Assembly (NCBI RefSeq): GCF_000281045.1
Contig: NW_008246094.1
Span: 659,676-696,964, forward strand
DNA: 37,289 nt
From: Saprolegnia diclina VS20
Taxonomy: Eukaryota
Direction of reading: 5' to 3'
Shown here: positions 22,398 to 36,421 of the stretch, one piece after another
Layout: every line of letters begins with the position of its first letter
How positions within the stretch are numbered: the first letter of the stretch is position 1
The notes under the pieces: generated by a model
The model's database searches: none
What the model was told of the DNA's origin: nothing
What the model saw: the letters and a program-made list of their open reading frames with translations, nothing else
Made by a program: the position numbers and the translations under genes

Positions 22398-22969
22398 CTA
22401 TAATTAGCTGGAAAAACAATCATTTTCGAAGGTCACTAGCGTGACAATTTTGTTGGAATTGCCAGTCGATGCTCAAAAGGTGCCGACGAGAAGTTGCATC
22501 AAACGAAGCAGCATGGGACCACGCACGAGGGAGCGAGTACCAAGCAGCCAAGTTGGTCGGTCGTCGTTCTCTCCAGCTTGCGTTCATTTTCAAACACTCG
22601 TTCAAAGAATACTGGTGTTTGAATCGGTGGTGTCTTGTAGCCGAAAGCAGAAACAGTGTGGTTGACAGGTGCGGGCCCAAGGGCTGCACCTGGGATACTT
22701 CTGTCGATGTCGGTGCCGGGGTATATGTCGACAGACTCGCAGATTGTCTCTATCGCGAGGTACTCATCGAGGGATCTCTGGCGCTCGCGAAACTCAACAC
22801 TAAACCGAGCGTGCAAACCTCCCACAGTCAATAAGATACCTCCCGGCACCAGCGACGGAAGGGATATACAAAGTGAGAGGTTCGTCGCTGATTGGTCCAA
22901 TTTCGTGTCCCTTGGCCAGATCTTCGGAGTTTCCAACGCGAGCGGTCGTGCACACAACCGGAGTCGACC

Positions 22970-25900
22970 ATGGTACGTGGCTGCGCCCAGGACGCCTGCC
23001 TGACGTCCTCGTAGCCCATCGGCTATGGCGCCGAGCCCGAGATGGTGTGGGCCAACCCCAAGTGCACGGGCGAAGTCCCGAACAAGCGGTCGGGCCACTC
23101 GCTCACGCTGCGCGGATCCGAGTCGGCGCTGTACCTTTTCGGCGGTACCTCCTCCATGAAGCGTACCAAGCTCACGCACGAGTGTAGGCTGCGACCACAA
23201 GATCCCGCCGGGTCCGAGCAACGACCTCTTTCGCCTCGACATGGCAAACGGCTTTGCGTGGTCGCGCGTCCAGGCCGCGTCGAGCGCACCCGAGGACGCG
23301 CCACCGCCGCGCTGGCGACACACGGCCATCATGTACAACGAGCGCCGGCTCGTGGTGTTTGGCGGGTTTGCGGCCGAGAAGCGCATGAACGACTGCTGGA
23401 TCTTTGACTGCGAGACCAAGCTCTGGGAACAACAGCACGCGCAGAACTTTTGGGAGGGCCTGCCGCAGTGCCGCGGGTCGCACAGCGCGACGCTCGTCGA
23501 GCACAAGATGTACATCTTTGGCGGCTACGGCGGCAACGGGTACGGGCGCACGGACTTTAACGACCTCCACGCGCTCGACCTCCGCAGCATGAAGTGGGAA
23601 GAGATCCTCACCGAAGGCGAGAAGCCCGAGCCGCGCTCGTCCCACCAGACATGTCTCATCGACAACAACCTCTTTGTCATTGGCGGCTGGAACTCGGTCA
23701 AGCAATTCAACGACCTCTTCGTGCTCGATCTGCAAACCAACACGTGGAGCGCGCCGGACTCGAAGCTCCACGTGCCGACTTGGAATCACGCGTGTGTTGG
23801 CGTCCAGGCCGTGCCCCACTGGAAGATCTTTATGTTTGGCGGCACGTCCGGCGACCTCGCCGAGTCGGGCAACTCGCAAGGCGCGTACCTCAACAACGTC
23901 AGTGTTCTCGACACGGGCACGATGCAGTGGCGCGAGCCGGCGCTCAAGGGCGACGCGCCGCTGCCGCGCGCCGATACGGCCATGATCTACGACCCGGTGG
24001 CGTACAAGTTGGTGCTCTTTGGCGGTTGGGCCAACCGCTGGTTTGGCGACGTCCACGTTCTCCAAGTCAACGAGATCGTCGGGCCGCCGTACTCGGTCGC
24101 GTCGATTGCACCGGCGTCCGGCCCCATCACGGGCAACACGCGCGTTAAAGTGTTGGGCTACAACTTTACCGGCTCGAGCGCCACGGTTCGGTTTGCGGTG
24201 GCCAAAGGATTCTTGGACGTCCAGGGCCAAGTGCTCGGACCGACCGCCGTGCAAGTGACGACACCCAACTTTGATAAATACGGGCCGCTCGCGACCGAAG
24301 TCCGCGTCTCGTTGCCCGGCGACTCGTACACCAACATCGCCACGTCGTTCAAGGTACACATTGAGCCATATTGATCTATTGCAGCGGATTGACCCTATGC
24401 ATCTAGTTTCACAGTGTCACAAGCGCGCCCAAGAGCATGGCGTACGGCCCATGCGTCATGTTCTCGCTGAGCAGCTTGATCATGGCGAACGAGCCGACGT
24501 CGTTCGTGCTCCAGTCGATCGACAAGGATGGAATCGCACGCGACTGCGGCGGTGACGTCTACCACGTCACGCTGGTGCCGCGCACCGCCGACGGCACGGA
24601 CGATGTCGAGAGCACAATCGAGATTACGACGATCGTGGACAAAGGCGACGGGCGCTACATTGTCACGTTCATCCCGCCCGCCGCCGGCAAGTACATGGTC
24701 CACGTCACGTTTGAAGGGACGTTTGACGGCATTGCGGGTCCGATTCGCGGGTCGCCGTTCGCCTGCTGCTTCCAGCCTCCGTCCGACGAGATGGCGATCC
24801 GCTGCGTCCCAAGTGTCGCGAAAGAAGACGACTTCAACTCGTCCGACCTCATCCGCAAACTCTACACCGACACGACCAAGCGCGCGGGCGACTACAAGCG
24901 CGTGCTCAAAGAGCTCAAGGTACGACATACATATAAACAGTGACGAGACACTCGTGGGTAGGCGGACATTCCGAGCAACGACGCGGACGGCCTCGAGGCG
25001 CTCAAGAAGATCAAGGACCTCGTGCGGAAGCTCGAGACGGACCGAGCGGCCAACCAGCTGCTGCAGGAGCAGACGGCGCACCTCTTCCAGTACATGAAGA
25101 AGATTGGCGGGCACGTCGATAAGGAAGCCGCGGACGTCGACAACCTCATCAAGCTCTACCATGACATTCAAGTGCAAGTGCCCGAGACGGAGACGCGCGT
25201 CACCGAGCCGACGCGGATCTTCTCGGAAAAGACCGAGGCGACGATCGCCGAGTACGAGACCAAAGTCAAAAAGTGGCAGGCAAGCATCAAGACGCTCGAC
25301 TTTTGGGACTCGAAACTCGAGCCTGCCAAGGCGCTCGAGAAGATTGAGATGCAGCTCGTCGAGTGGGAGAATGAAAAGAAGCGCTGTGCGGAGAAGAGCG
25401 ACTTGAGCCACGTCTTTGGGTTCCCCCAGCGCATGAACGAAACCCACGCTACGATGGCCGCGATCCGATCCGACTTTGACGGCGCCAAGGCCGTGTGGGC
25501 CATCGTCAAGCGCACGAAAGCGTTCTTTGCGTCCACCCACGAGATCCTGTGGAAGGACGTCGACTGCAACGTGCTCGCGATGGAGACGCAAGCCGTCTTG
25601 AAGGAACTCAAGAAGATCCCGCGCGACATTCAGTGGTGCGACGCGTACAAGGTCATTTTGAAAGAAACCCAGGGCTTTGACAAGACGCACCCGCTCCTCC
25701 GGTGTCTCTCGTCGAGCTACATGCGACCGCGGCACTGGAAGCGCATCATGGGCCACACGGGCGAGTTCACGCCACCAGACGCGGACCCGGACCAAAAGCT
25801 GGGGTTTCTCTTGAGCAAGCGCCTGCACGAGTATGCGAGTGAGATTGGCGAGATTGCGTACGAAGCCGAGAAGGAGCAGGAGCTCGAGCTCAAGCTTGTC

Positions 25901-28900
25901 GAGCTCGAAGAGACGTGGGCGCTCGTGGAGTGGGAGATGTCGCCGTACAACCCGACGGACCCGGTCGAGAAGCAAGTGCCCCTGCTCAAGATCTCGGAGG
26001 ACAACTTTGAGCTGCTCGAAACCAACCAGATTGACTGCCAAGCCATGACGTCGTCGCCGTATCAAGGTGACTTTGAGGCGCGCGTCACCGATATGCACGA
26101 AGGCCTCGCATCCGTGAATGAAGTCGTCGTCATCCTCGGCGACATCCAGCGCTCGTGGAGCTACCTCGAGCCGCTCTTTATCCAGAGCGAAGAAGTCAAG
26201 AACCAGCTGCCGGCGCTCACAGCCGACTTTGAGGACATCGACGTCGAGGTCCGCCGCATTTTGCGCGAAGCTTGGGTGACCAAGAACGTCAAAGTGGCGT
26301 GTACCGTCCCCGGTCTCTTCAAGCTTCTTGAGTCCATCGTCGAGAAGCTTGAGCTCTGCAAGCACCGGCTCAAGGAGTTCCTCGACGGCCGTCGGCGCCA
26401 ATTTCCGCGCTTTTACTTTATGTCGGAGGCCGTACGTCGCCAGTTTTTGAGTTTGAGTTTCAAATGCTGTGTGTAGGATCTCCTCGACATCTTGTCCAAC
26501 GGGTCCAACCCCGCCAAGATCATGCCGCACGCGTCCAAGATCTATCTCGCATGCAAGACGATGAACTTGGTGCCGGCGCCGACGGGCCGTCCGACGGCCG
26601 TCGCGTTCGTCTCGGGCGTCGGGCACGAAATCGTCGACTTTACCGAGCCCGTGCTCTTGGACGGCGAGGCTGAGATCTACCTCGAGGCGCTCTTGAAGGC
26701 CATGAAGTACACGCTCTTCAAGCACATTGAACGCTCGCTCGTGCTCTACACAACCGAGCCGCGCGTCGAGTGGATCAACTACAAGGACCCATCGGGGAAG
26801 CCTCTGGACGCAGCCCAAATCATCTTGCTTTCAGCGGGTATCCACTACGTCAAGGAAGTCGAGGCCGCATTCCGGGCCATGGGCGGCGGGGACCGCGAAG
26901 CGCTCACGCGCTACAACACAAAGCAGGAAGGGCAACTCGAGGATTTGATCAAGCTCACGCAGAGTAAGATCTCGAATGCCGAGCGCCAGCGCGTCATGTG
27001 TTTGATCACCATGGACGCACACGGCCGCGATATCGTTGCCAATATGATCCGCGCCGGTGTCGACGACGCGACGAGCTTCATGTGGCAGTCGCAGCTCAAA
27101 CACTATTTTTCGCCGTGCCAAGGCAGCTTTCTCAACCGGGACCAAAACTTTCGCGGCCCCAACAACGCGCGCGCCCAAGTGCTCATTTGCGACGCCGGGA
27201 TTCCGTACGACTACGAGTACCTCGGGAACGGTCCGCGGTGCGTCTTTTCATCTTTTGTTTCGCGAAGTTGAGTGGAATTAGGCTTGTCATTACGCCGCTC
27301 ACGGATCGTATTTACGTCACGGCGACGCAAGCGCTCAACCTCAAGATGGGATGTGCGCCCGCGGGGCCAGCAGGAACGGGCAAGACCGAGACCACGAAAG
27401 ATCTCGCCAACGCGCTCGGGAAGGCCTGCTATGTCTTCAACTGCTCGCCGGAAATGGACTACAAGAGTCTCGGCAACATCTTCAAGGGATTGGCTTCGTC
27501 CGGGTCGTGGGGCTGCTTTGACGAGTTCAACCGACTCGTGCCCGAGGTGCTCAGTGTGTGCTCGGTCCAATTCAAGGCCGTCTGCGATGCCTGCAAGGCT
27601 GACGACGAGCGCTTCATCTTGGAGAACGAACCCGTCATGCTCGACCCGACAGTCGGCGCCTTCATCACAATGAACCCCGGGTACCTCGGCCGATCGGAGC
27701 TGCCCGAAGGTCTCAAGGCGCTTTTCCGACCCATGACGGTCATGGTGCCCGACTTGGTCTTGATCTGCGAAAACATGCTCATGGCCGAAGGCTTTACGCA
27801 AGCCAAGATTCTCGCGTCCAAGTTTTACGGCTTGTACTCGCTCCTCGGACAGCTCCTCTCCAAGCAGCTCCACTACGATTGGGGTACATTCCTCTTGCAT
27901 TTGAATCGTACGCAATAGTGCGTATATAGGTCTCCGCGCGGTCAAGTCAGTGCTCTGTGTCGCCGGGTCGTTCAAGCGCGCCGAGCCCGACATCCCCGAG
28001 CCGGATCTGCTCATGCGCGCGCTTCGGGACTTTAACATTCCCAAGATCGTCGTCGAAGACAACGTCATCTTTTTCGGGTTGCTCGGCGACTTGTTTCCTC
28101 GCAACGACCCCAACATTGACGTCCGGAACGACCCGCCCCGGAAGCGCGACCCGGAGCTCGAGTCGATGGTCCAAGGTGCGTGCGAGGCCATCAACAACAG
28201 GTACAACTACTCTGCCTTTCGAGGGGTCGCGAATGCGGTGTCTGCTTAGTCCGCGCGAAGAATTTATGCTCAAGGTCGTCCAGCTCTCGGAGCTTCTTGC
28301 GATCCGACACTGCGTCTTCGTCATGGGGCCGCCAGCATGTGGCAAGACAGAGACGTGGAAGACTCTTCGAAAAGCCCGCGAGATCATGGGCATCTCGATG
28401 GAGATCCAGGATCTCAATCCAAAGTCGGTCTCGACCAACGAGCTCTACGGCTACATTGTGCTCAAGACGCGCGAGTGGAAGGACGGCTTGCTGAGTAAGA
28501 TCATGCGGGACCTCGGTTCGCGCACCAAAGAGAACGGCGAGGACGACACGTCGCCCAAGTGGATCTTGCTCGATGGTGATCTTGACGCCAACTGGATCGA
28601 GTCGATGAACTCGGTCATGGACGACAACCGCATGCTCACGCTCGCCTCCAATGAGCGCGTCCCGCTCAAGTCGCACATGCGCATGATCTTTGAGATCCGC
28701 GACTTGGTGTATGCGACGCCCGCAACCGTCTCCCGCGCCGGTATTCTCTACATTAGCGCCACCGAGGGCTACCAATGGCGGTGCCTCATCGACTCGTGGC
28801 TCCTCCGACACAGCACGCCCGACCCAACAAAGAAAGCAAAGGACCAAGGACTCCTCTTCTCGCCCGAGATGCGCGGCCAGTTCCAGGGCCTATTTGACTC

Positions 28901-31900
28901 GTACATGGAACCGACGCTCAAGTTTTTCAAAAAGCGCCTCGTGCCCATCATTCCGGTCGAAGAGGTGACGCTGGTCGGCAACCTCCTCAACATGCTCGAC
29001 TGTCTCTTGACGCCAGCGGTGCTGGCCGACTATGGCGTCATGCAGCACAACTTTTGCTTTTGCTGCGTCTGGGCGTTTGGGTCAATCCTCACCGTCTCGG
29101 ACGACGGCACCGACTATGCGCTCGAGTTTAGCAACTGGTGGAAGAACACGTGGAAGGACGTCAAGATCGTGGCGAGTGCGAGCAACACCGTGTTTGATTT
29201 TTGGCTCGACCCCGAGACCGCCAAGTTTAACGCGTGGAGCAAGTCGCCGTACTTTTACACGGCCACGTACAAATCGCCGGACCCGATCAACCAGATCACT
29301 GTGCCGACGACCGAGACGTCGTCGATCGCGTTTTGGCTCGAGAATCTGATTTGCAAGAGCATTCCGCTCATGGTGTGCGGCCCCGCGGGTACGGGCAAGA
29401 CCCAAAACGTCAACGGCGTGCTCAAGAAGCTCTCGCGCGAAGATGCCAACTACGGGTTTCGGTTCACGACGCTCAACTTCAACTTTTACACGACGTCGTC
29501 GATTCTCCAGGCTGCCATGTTTAGCCACCTCGAGAAGAAGACGGGGTCCAACTTTGGCCCGCCGGGCAAATTTCGGCTCATTTACTTTATGGACGATCTC
29601 AATTTGCCCGAAGTCGACCCGTACAACACCCAGTCGGCCATCTCGCTCTTGCGGCAAAAGATGGAATACCGTCATTGGTATGTTCCAAGCCTTTTCTATT
29701 GCGTATGTATCATGATGGTCTGTCGCAGGTTTGACCGCGCCAAGCTCCAAGTGCAAAACATTCTCAACACGCAAATCGTGGCTGGTATGAACCCGACGGC
29801 TGGGTCGTTCCTCGTGGATCCGCGTCTCCAGCGGCACTTCACGACGTTCGCGATGGGCATGCCCGAGGCGCCGTCGCTCGTGACCATCTACGAAACGTTC
29901 CTCGGCGGCCACTTGGGGACGTTCAGCGGCGAGCTCAACACGTCGTCGTTCTGGAACGCGCTCATCAAGGCGGCGCTCACGCTGCATACGAGCGTGGTCC
30001 AGACCTTCCGCAAGACAGCGGCCAACTTTCACTACGAGTTCAACGTCCGGCATCTCTCGAATGTCTTTCAGGGCCTCATTGCGAGCAAGAAGGAGCGGTT
30101 CAACACGAGCGAGAAGTTTGTGTTGCTCTGGCTCCACGAGAGCGAGCGCGTGTATGGCGACCGCCTCGTGTGTAAAGCCGACATTGAAAAGTACAACCAA
30201 CTCGTGCAGCTCCAAGTCAAGCGGAGCTTCCCGACATGCAACACGTCGCGCTACTACGCGGCCGAGAACTCGTGGCCGCTGATTTTCTGCCATTTTACAA
30301 AGGACGGCGACCCCGAGTACGACCAAGTGAACGGCACCAACCTCGACGACCTCAAGAAGAACCTCGAGATCCAACTGCGCGACTACAACAACAACGAGAA
30401 CAACACGGCCATGTACCTCGACTTGTTTGACGACGCGATCAAGCACGTCGCGCGCATTGTGCGCATTTTGCGCAACGAATCCGGGTACGACGCATCGCGG
30501 TGTTGAAGCCGGCTCACGTTGTGTGCTGTAGACACGCGCTCTTGGTCGGTGTCGGTGGTTCGGGGAAGCGGTCCTTGGCGCGGTTAGCGTCGCACATTTG
30601 CGAGTACACGGTCAAGCAGATTTCGATTTCAAGCAAGTATGGCGAGAACGAGTTTAAAGAAGATCTGCGCAAAATGTACATGGTCATCACTGACCAGTGC
30701 AGTCGCAGCGAAGAGAAAGGCGGCGTCGTCTTCCTTCTCACCGACTCGCAGATCACGAACGAGAAGTTTCTCATCTACCTCAACGATCTCCTCGCGTCGG
30801 GCGACATTCCCGACTTGTTTGCCACCGAAGACATGGACAACATCGTCCAAATGGTGTGCGTCATGGCCGGCACGAAGGAGCGCAAGGAAATCATCAAGTT
30901 TTTCCAAAGCGAGATCCGCAAGCGCCTCCATCTCTGCCTCTGCTTCTCACCTGTCGGCGACGACTTTCGCAGCCGCGCGCGCAAGTTCCCGGCGCTTGTC
31001 AACTGCACCGTCATCGATTGGTTCCAGCCATGGCCCAAAGAAGCGCTCTTGAGTGTCGGGAAGGAAAAGCTCAAGGACATTAGCGACCTCCTTGGCTCGG
31101 ACGAGTCGCGCGCCGGCATTGAAAACTTTATGCCATTTTCGTTCGTCTCGGTGAACCAATGCGCCGAGCGCTTTTTCCAAGTCGAGCGACGGTACTTCTG
31201 CTGTACATGCGATGCGCCCCGTCAAACAATTGTAGGTATGTGTACACCACGCCCAAATCGTACCTCGAGCTCCTCCAGCTGTACAAGAACATTTTGAAAA
31301 AGAAGGTCAAGGAGTACGCCGGTGCGATCGAGCGTCTCGAGAAAGGACTGCAAAAGCTCAAAGAAACGGGCGAGACGGTCGCGCGCCTCGAAGTCGAGCT
31401 CAAGGGCAAGCTCGAGCAAGCCGAAGACAAGAAAGCCGTCGCGTCCGGCATCGCCGAGACGGTCAACAAGGAAAAAGCCAAAGTCGAAGTCGAGTCCAAG
31501 AAGGCCGAGGAAGAGGCTGCCAAATGCGCCATCATCCAAGCCGAAGTCACCGAGAAGCAGCGCTCGACCATGGAAGGTACGTGAAGCGAATCACGAACGG
31601 TTATAAAACTTTGTGTACAATAGATTTGGCCAAGGCCGAGCCAGCGGTGCAGCAAGCCATGGAAGCCCTCGACTCGCTCAACAAGAAGGATCTCGGCGAG
31701 TGTAAGACCATGTCCAAGCCGCCGGTGGGTGTCGACGACGTCTTCGGAGCGACAATGGTGCTGCTGGCCGGCGTGCATCCCAACGTTGTCGTGACCAAGC
31801 AAGGCAAAGTCAAGGACTTCAAGTGGGACGCGTGCAAGAAGCAAGTGCTCGGCAACATCCCAGAGTACATCGAGTACCTCCTCAAGTTCAAGGACCTCGT

Positions 31901-34900
31901 GGACGCCAACCAAATTCCGACGCAAAACTGGAAGGAAGTGCGCGAGTTCCTCGAAAAAGAGTACTTCAAGCCCGACATCATTGCGACGAAAAACAAAGCC
32001 GCCGCCGGTCTCTGCAGTTGGGTCGTCAACATCGTCATGTACTACGACATCCTCGTCACGGTCGAGCCCAAGCGGTGCGTCTGGTATCATCACAGTCACC
32101 ACCATCTCACGGCGTCATCTTAGAATGGCGCTGGCGGCGGCCAACTTGGAGCTCGAAGCCGCCAACAAGCGCCTCGGCGAAGTCACGTCGCTCGTAGCAG
32201 GTGCGCTTTGCGTCCACGGTCACGCCTAGAACGAGATGCTTAGATCTCAACGCCAAGCTCAACAAGCTGCTGGAAGAAGCTGCCGCAGCCGAAAAGGAAA
32301 AGGAAGACGCCATCAACTCGGTCGAGCAAGGCAACCGCAAGATGAAGCTGGCTGGCACGCTCACCAAGGACCTCAGTTCGGAAAACGTGCGCTGGTACGA
32401 CGACAACCGTCCAACGAAAGTCGGTGACACGCGTGCATCATTAGGGGCATCAACGTCCTTCAGCTGCAAAAGGAGAAGGATTTGCTCGTGGGCGACTGTC
32501 TCTTGGCGTCTGCGTTCATCTCGTACATTGGTCCGTTCACCAAGCCCTTCCGAGACGAGCTCATCAATAAGCACTGGGTGCCGTACCTGCGCAAGGCGGC
32601 GAATGGCAACTCGATCGCCATGAGTGAAGAGAGCAATCCCGTGTACATTCTCACCAACGACGCGGAGATTGCCGAGTGGAACACGCAGCGTCTTCCTGCC
32701 GATCGCGTCTCGACCGAAAACGGTGCGATTGTCGTCAACACGGTCGCCATGGGTACGTTTCTACTTTAAAACGTTTGGAGAATTGCATAGGACGTTGTAG
32801 GACGCCGGCCGCTCATCATCGACCCGCAGCTGCAAGCGATTGCGTGGATCCGCGAGAAGGAGGCGCCGTTCAACCTCCAGATCGTGCGCATTGGTCAAAA
32901 GTTTTGGATCGAGAAGCTCAAGACGGCGCTCGGCACCAAGACGGCGTTCCTGATCGAAAACCTCGGCGAGAAGATCGACGCGATCCTGGCGCCTGTCATC
33001 CAGCGCTCGACGTCCAAGCGCGGTAACCGCATTGAGATCACGGTTGGGGATGCGTCCGTGCCGTACTGCGACGAGTTCCGCTTGTACCTCCACACGAAAC
33101 TCGGGAACCCGCACTACCCGCCCGAGATCCAGGCCGAGTGCACCATGGTCAACTTTACCGTCACGGCGCTGGGCCTCGAAGACCAGCTGCTCAACCTCGT
33201 CGTCTCGAAAGAGCGCTCGGATCTCGCGATCAAGCGCGAGAAGCTCATTCAGCAGCAAAACCAAGGCAAGATCGAGCTCAAGAAGCTCGAAGACATCATT
33301 CTGCAGTACCTCGCGGAAGCCGACGACGATATCACCAACAACCAGCCGCTCATTGCAATCTTGTCCGACACCAAGTACAAGGCGCAGATGACGCAAAACA
33401 ACATGGAAGCGGCCAAGAAGACCCAAGAGAGCGTCAACGTAACGAGCGAAAAGTACCGGTCGATCGCCGCGCGCGGGTCGCTCCTCTTCTTCCTCATGAT
33501 CGACCTGAGCAAAGTGCACTCGTACTACATTTACTCGCTCGCTGCGTTCCAGCAAGTCTTTCTCCAAGGCGTGTACAACCTCCCGATGGCATCGCCCGTG
33601 GCCGACGAGCCTCCAGCCGACGCGGCAGTCGATGGCGAGGCCCCGCCCCCGCCCGATGCGCCGCCCGCCGAAGAAGCCACGATCGAGTTTTCGGACGAAG
33701 ACATTGCCGCGCGCTGCACAGGTGCGTCTCTTCTGAATGCGTGGGTCGTCATATCGGTCACGTAGGCTTGATTTCCAGCATCACCATGTGCGTCTTCAAC
33801 TACATTCGGCGCGGCCTCTTCGAGCGCGACAAGCTCACGGTCGCGACGATGCTCTGTCTCAAGATCTTGCTGCGCGACGGCGGCCTCGTCGACGCCGAGG
33901 TCGACGCCTTCCTCCTCGCAAAGTCAGTGGCCGAGCCGGGCAATATGGGCGTTCTCGCCGAGTGGCTGCCGCCGTCCTGTTTTGCCAAGCTCAAAGCGCT
34001 CGAGACCCTAAAAGTGTTTGCCACCGTGGCCGATGTCATGCAGAACGACCCGGACGAATGGCGCAAGTGGTTTGCCGCCGAAGACGCCGAGCAGTGCAAG
34101 CTCCCGGGCGACTTTACCAAGCTCACGCCATTTCAAAAGATCATTCTTCTCCGCGCCCTGCGGCCTGATCGTGTCACGAACGCCCTCCGGCGCTTCATTC
34201 TTGACGCGCTCGGTATTTCTCTATTGTGACTTGATACACTGATACCTAACACGCTTCGTAGGCGAACAGTATGTGACGCAGCCGCCGTTCGACATGCTTC
34301 AGACGTTTGAGGAGACGAACCCTGCGATCCCGATTTTCTTTGTGCTCTTTCCCGGCGTGGACCCGACGCCGTGGGTCGAGGACCTTGGGCGCACCAAGGG
34401 CGTCAGCATCGAAAACGACAACTTTATCAACATTTCGATGGGCCAAGGTACGCAGGCCTAGCGTCCGACCCGATGTCTCAGCGCCTTGTAGGCCAGGAGC
34501 AGCATGCTGGTGACTGCCTCAAGAAACTCGCAACCAAGGGCGGCTGGATCATTCTCCAGAATGTGCATCTCATGCAGTCGTGGCTGCCGATGCTCGAGCG
34601 CCAGCTTGAAGAAATCGTCGGCGAAGGGCCGCACGAGCTCTTCCGATGCTTCATTTCGGCCGAGCCGCCGCCGATTCTGCTACCGCTTGAGCTCAACGTA
34701 CCGGAATCGCTCATGCAAAGCTGCATCAAAGTGGCCAACGAAGCACCCTCCGACATTCAGTCGAACCTTCGCCGTGCGTGGGCGACGTTCGGCGAAGACA
34801 AGGTCGATGCGTGCACGAAACCCACCGAGTTCAAAGCATGTCTCTTCTCGCTGTGCTGGTTCCATGCCATCGTGCTTGGGCGTCGGCGCTTTGGGCAGCA

Positions 34901-36421
34901 AGGCTGGAGCCGTGCGTACAGCTTCAACACGGGTGACCTCACGATTTGCGGCAACGTGCTCCAGAGTTACTTGGACAACAACGCGACAGTACCGTGGGAC
35001 GACATTCGATACATCTTCGGCGAAATCATGTACGGTGGGCACATCACTGACAGCTGGGATCGCCGCACCAACAACACATACCTCACCGTACTCATCAACC
35101 CGGGTTTGCTCAACGGTATGGAGCTTGGACCCGGCTTCAAGTCGCCAAACCCGGCCGAGTTTTCCTTCTCGGATTACGCGACGTACATTGAAAAGAACAT
35201 GGTACCCGAGTCACCTCCGCTCTTTGGCTTGCATCCGAACGCCGAGATCGGGTCCGTTGATGATGGGTAATCTATGCTCATGGTGGCGGCGACCATAGGT
35301 ATCTCACGACGACGTGCGAGACGCTCTGCTACACGATTGTCAGTATCGGTGGCGGCGGCAGCAGCGGCGGCGGTGGCGGCTCGGACAAGACGGCGATGCT
35401 CAAGGCGACAATCGACGATTTCGAGGCGCGAACGCCCGAGTTTTTCATGATGCTCGACTTGCAAGAGGTCGCGGCGCCCGGGTTGACCCAAGACCACGGT
35501 ACAACGATGCACATTTCTTGGAGTATGTACGGACGCTCGGTGAATAGGTCCGTTTGTCGTCGTTGCGCTCCAAGAGTGCGACCGCATGAACGTGCTTTTG
35601 GACGAGATTCGCAAGTCGCTGGCCGACCTCAAGAAAGGTCTGAACGGGCAGCTCAACATGTCCCAGTCCATGGAAGACCTCGCGACAGCGATTGGGCTCA
35701 ACGAAGTGCCTGGTCGCAACCCGTTTTCCCAGTGCAAGTGGGAACGGAAGGCGTGGCCGAGCAAGAAGTCGCTCTCCGGTTGGTTTGTGGACATGGTCAA
35801 GCGCCATGCGCAGCTGCAGAAATGGGCTTCGGACTTCATCACGCCCTTCTCGCTTTGGCTCCCAGGGCTCTTCAACCCCACAGCCTACACGACTGCGTGT
35901 CTTCAAGTCACGTCGCGCCGCAAGCTGTACGACGTTTGATCGAGCTCACAGTCGTTGTAATACTGCTATATAGGATGCCACTCAACAAGATGACGGTCGA
36001 GACGCACATGACGACGGTCATCAACGCCGACGCCATGACGTACTACCCGGACGACGGTGTCTTTGTTCACGGCCTCTTCATCGAAGGCGCGCGTTGGAGT
36101 ACGGTCGATGAAATTCCGACCAAGTACAAGGTCGGAACGTCGCCGGCGACCGAGTGTGGTGGCATCGTCATGGACAGCAACCCAAAAGAGCTTCTGTGGA
36201 TGATGCCCGTTGTGTATGTCAAGGCTGTCGAGACCAAGCCGCTTTGGGAACCCACATCCGTGGGCTACTTGCGCCACGATCCCACAATTTACGAGTGCCC
36301 CGTGTATCTCACACGCTTCCGCGGTCCGACCTATGTCCTCCTCGCGACGCTGCCGACCGACTGCGGGCAAGAAAAATGGGTTCTTCGTGGTGTAGCGGTT
36401 CTCTTCCAAGATGACAACTAA
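22970..36421 (+). CDS. ODA11: Axonemal outer-arm dynein heavy chain with N-terminal Kelch propeller and Ig-like (IPT/filamin) domains (Chlamydomonas alpha-HC type); ~4,142 aa, 23 exons
   Basis: 22 GT-AG introns: 22973-23014, 23145-23187, 24354-24406, 24920-24961, 26432-26476, 27238-27281, 27884-27929, 28201-28249, 29678-29728, 30485-30531, 31192-31235, 31577-31623, 32075-32123, 32201-32243, 32395-32444, 32753-32800, 33722-33765, 34213-34261, 34448-34491, 35252-35298, 35499-35547, 35927-35973 (spliced 12,429 nt). Kelch motifs (R.GHS...lylFGG), P-loops [24 protein letters not shown] and GVGGSGK, plus [16 protein letters not shown], stalk/MTBD and the C-terminal YECPVY...WVLRGVA. The gene symbol rests on domain architecture, not on a phylogeny. 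Confidence 0.93.

Noticed and set aside
24395..26818. 807-aa minus-strand ORF (also 23172-24359, 27211-28206, 29082-30446, 31128-32105)
   Set aside because: Antisense shadows of the dynein exons caused by GC3-rich codon usage; no recognisable domains.
28100..28140. RNDP...RNDP micro-duplication in dynein, and the GGC run at ~35348-35380
   Set aside because: Short in-frame loop or poly-Gly linker variation; no evidence of independent function.
85..36421. Apparent frameshifts or pseudogenes suggested by the fragmented ORF track
   Set aside because: Every break is explained by a 41-53-bp spliceosomal intron that restores the frame.
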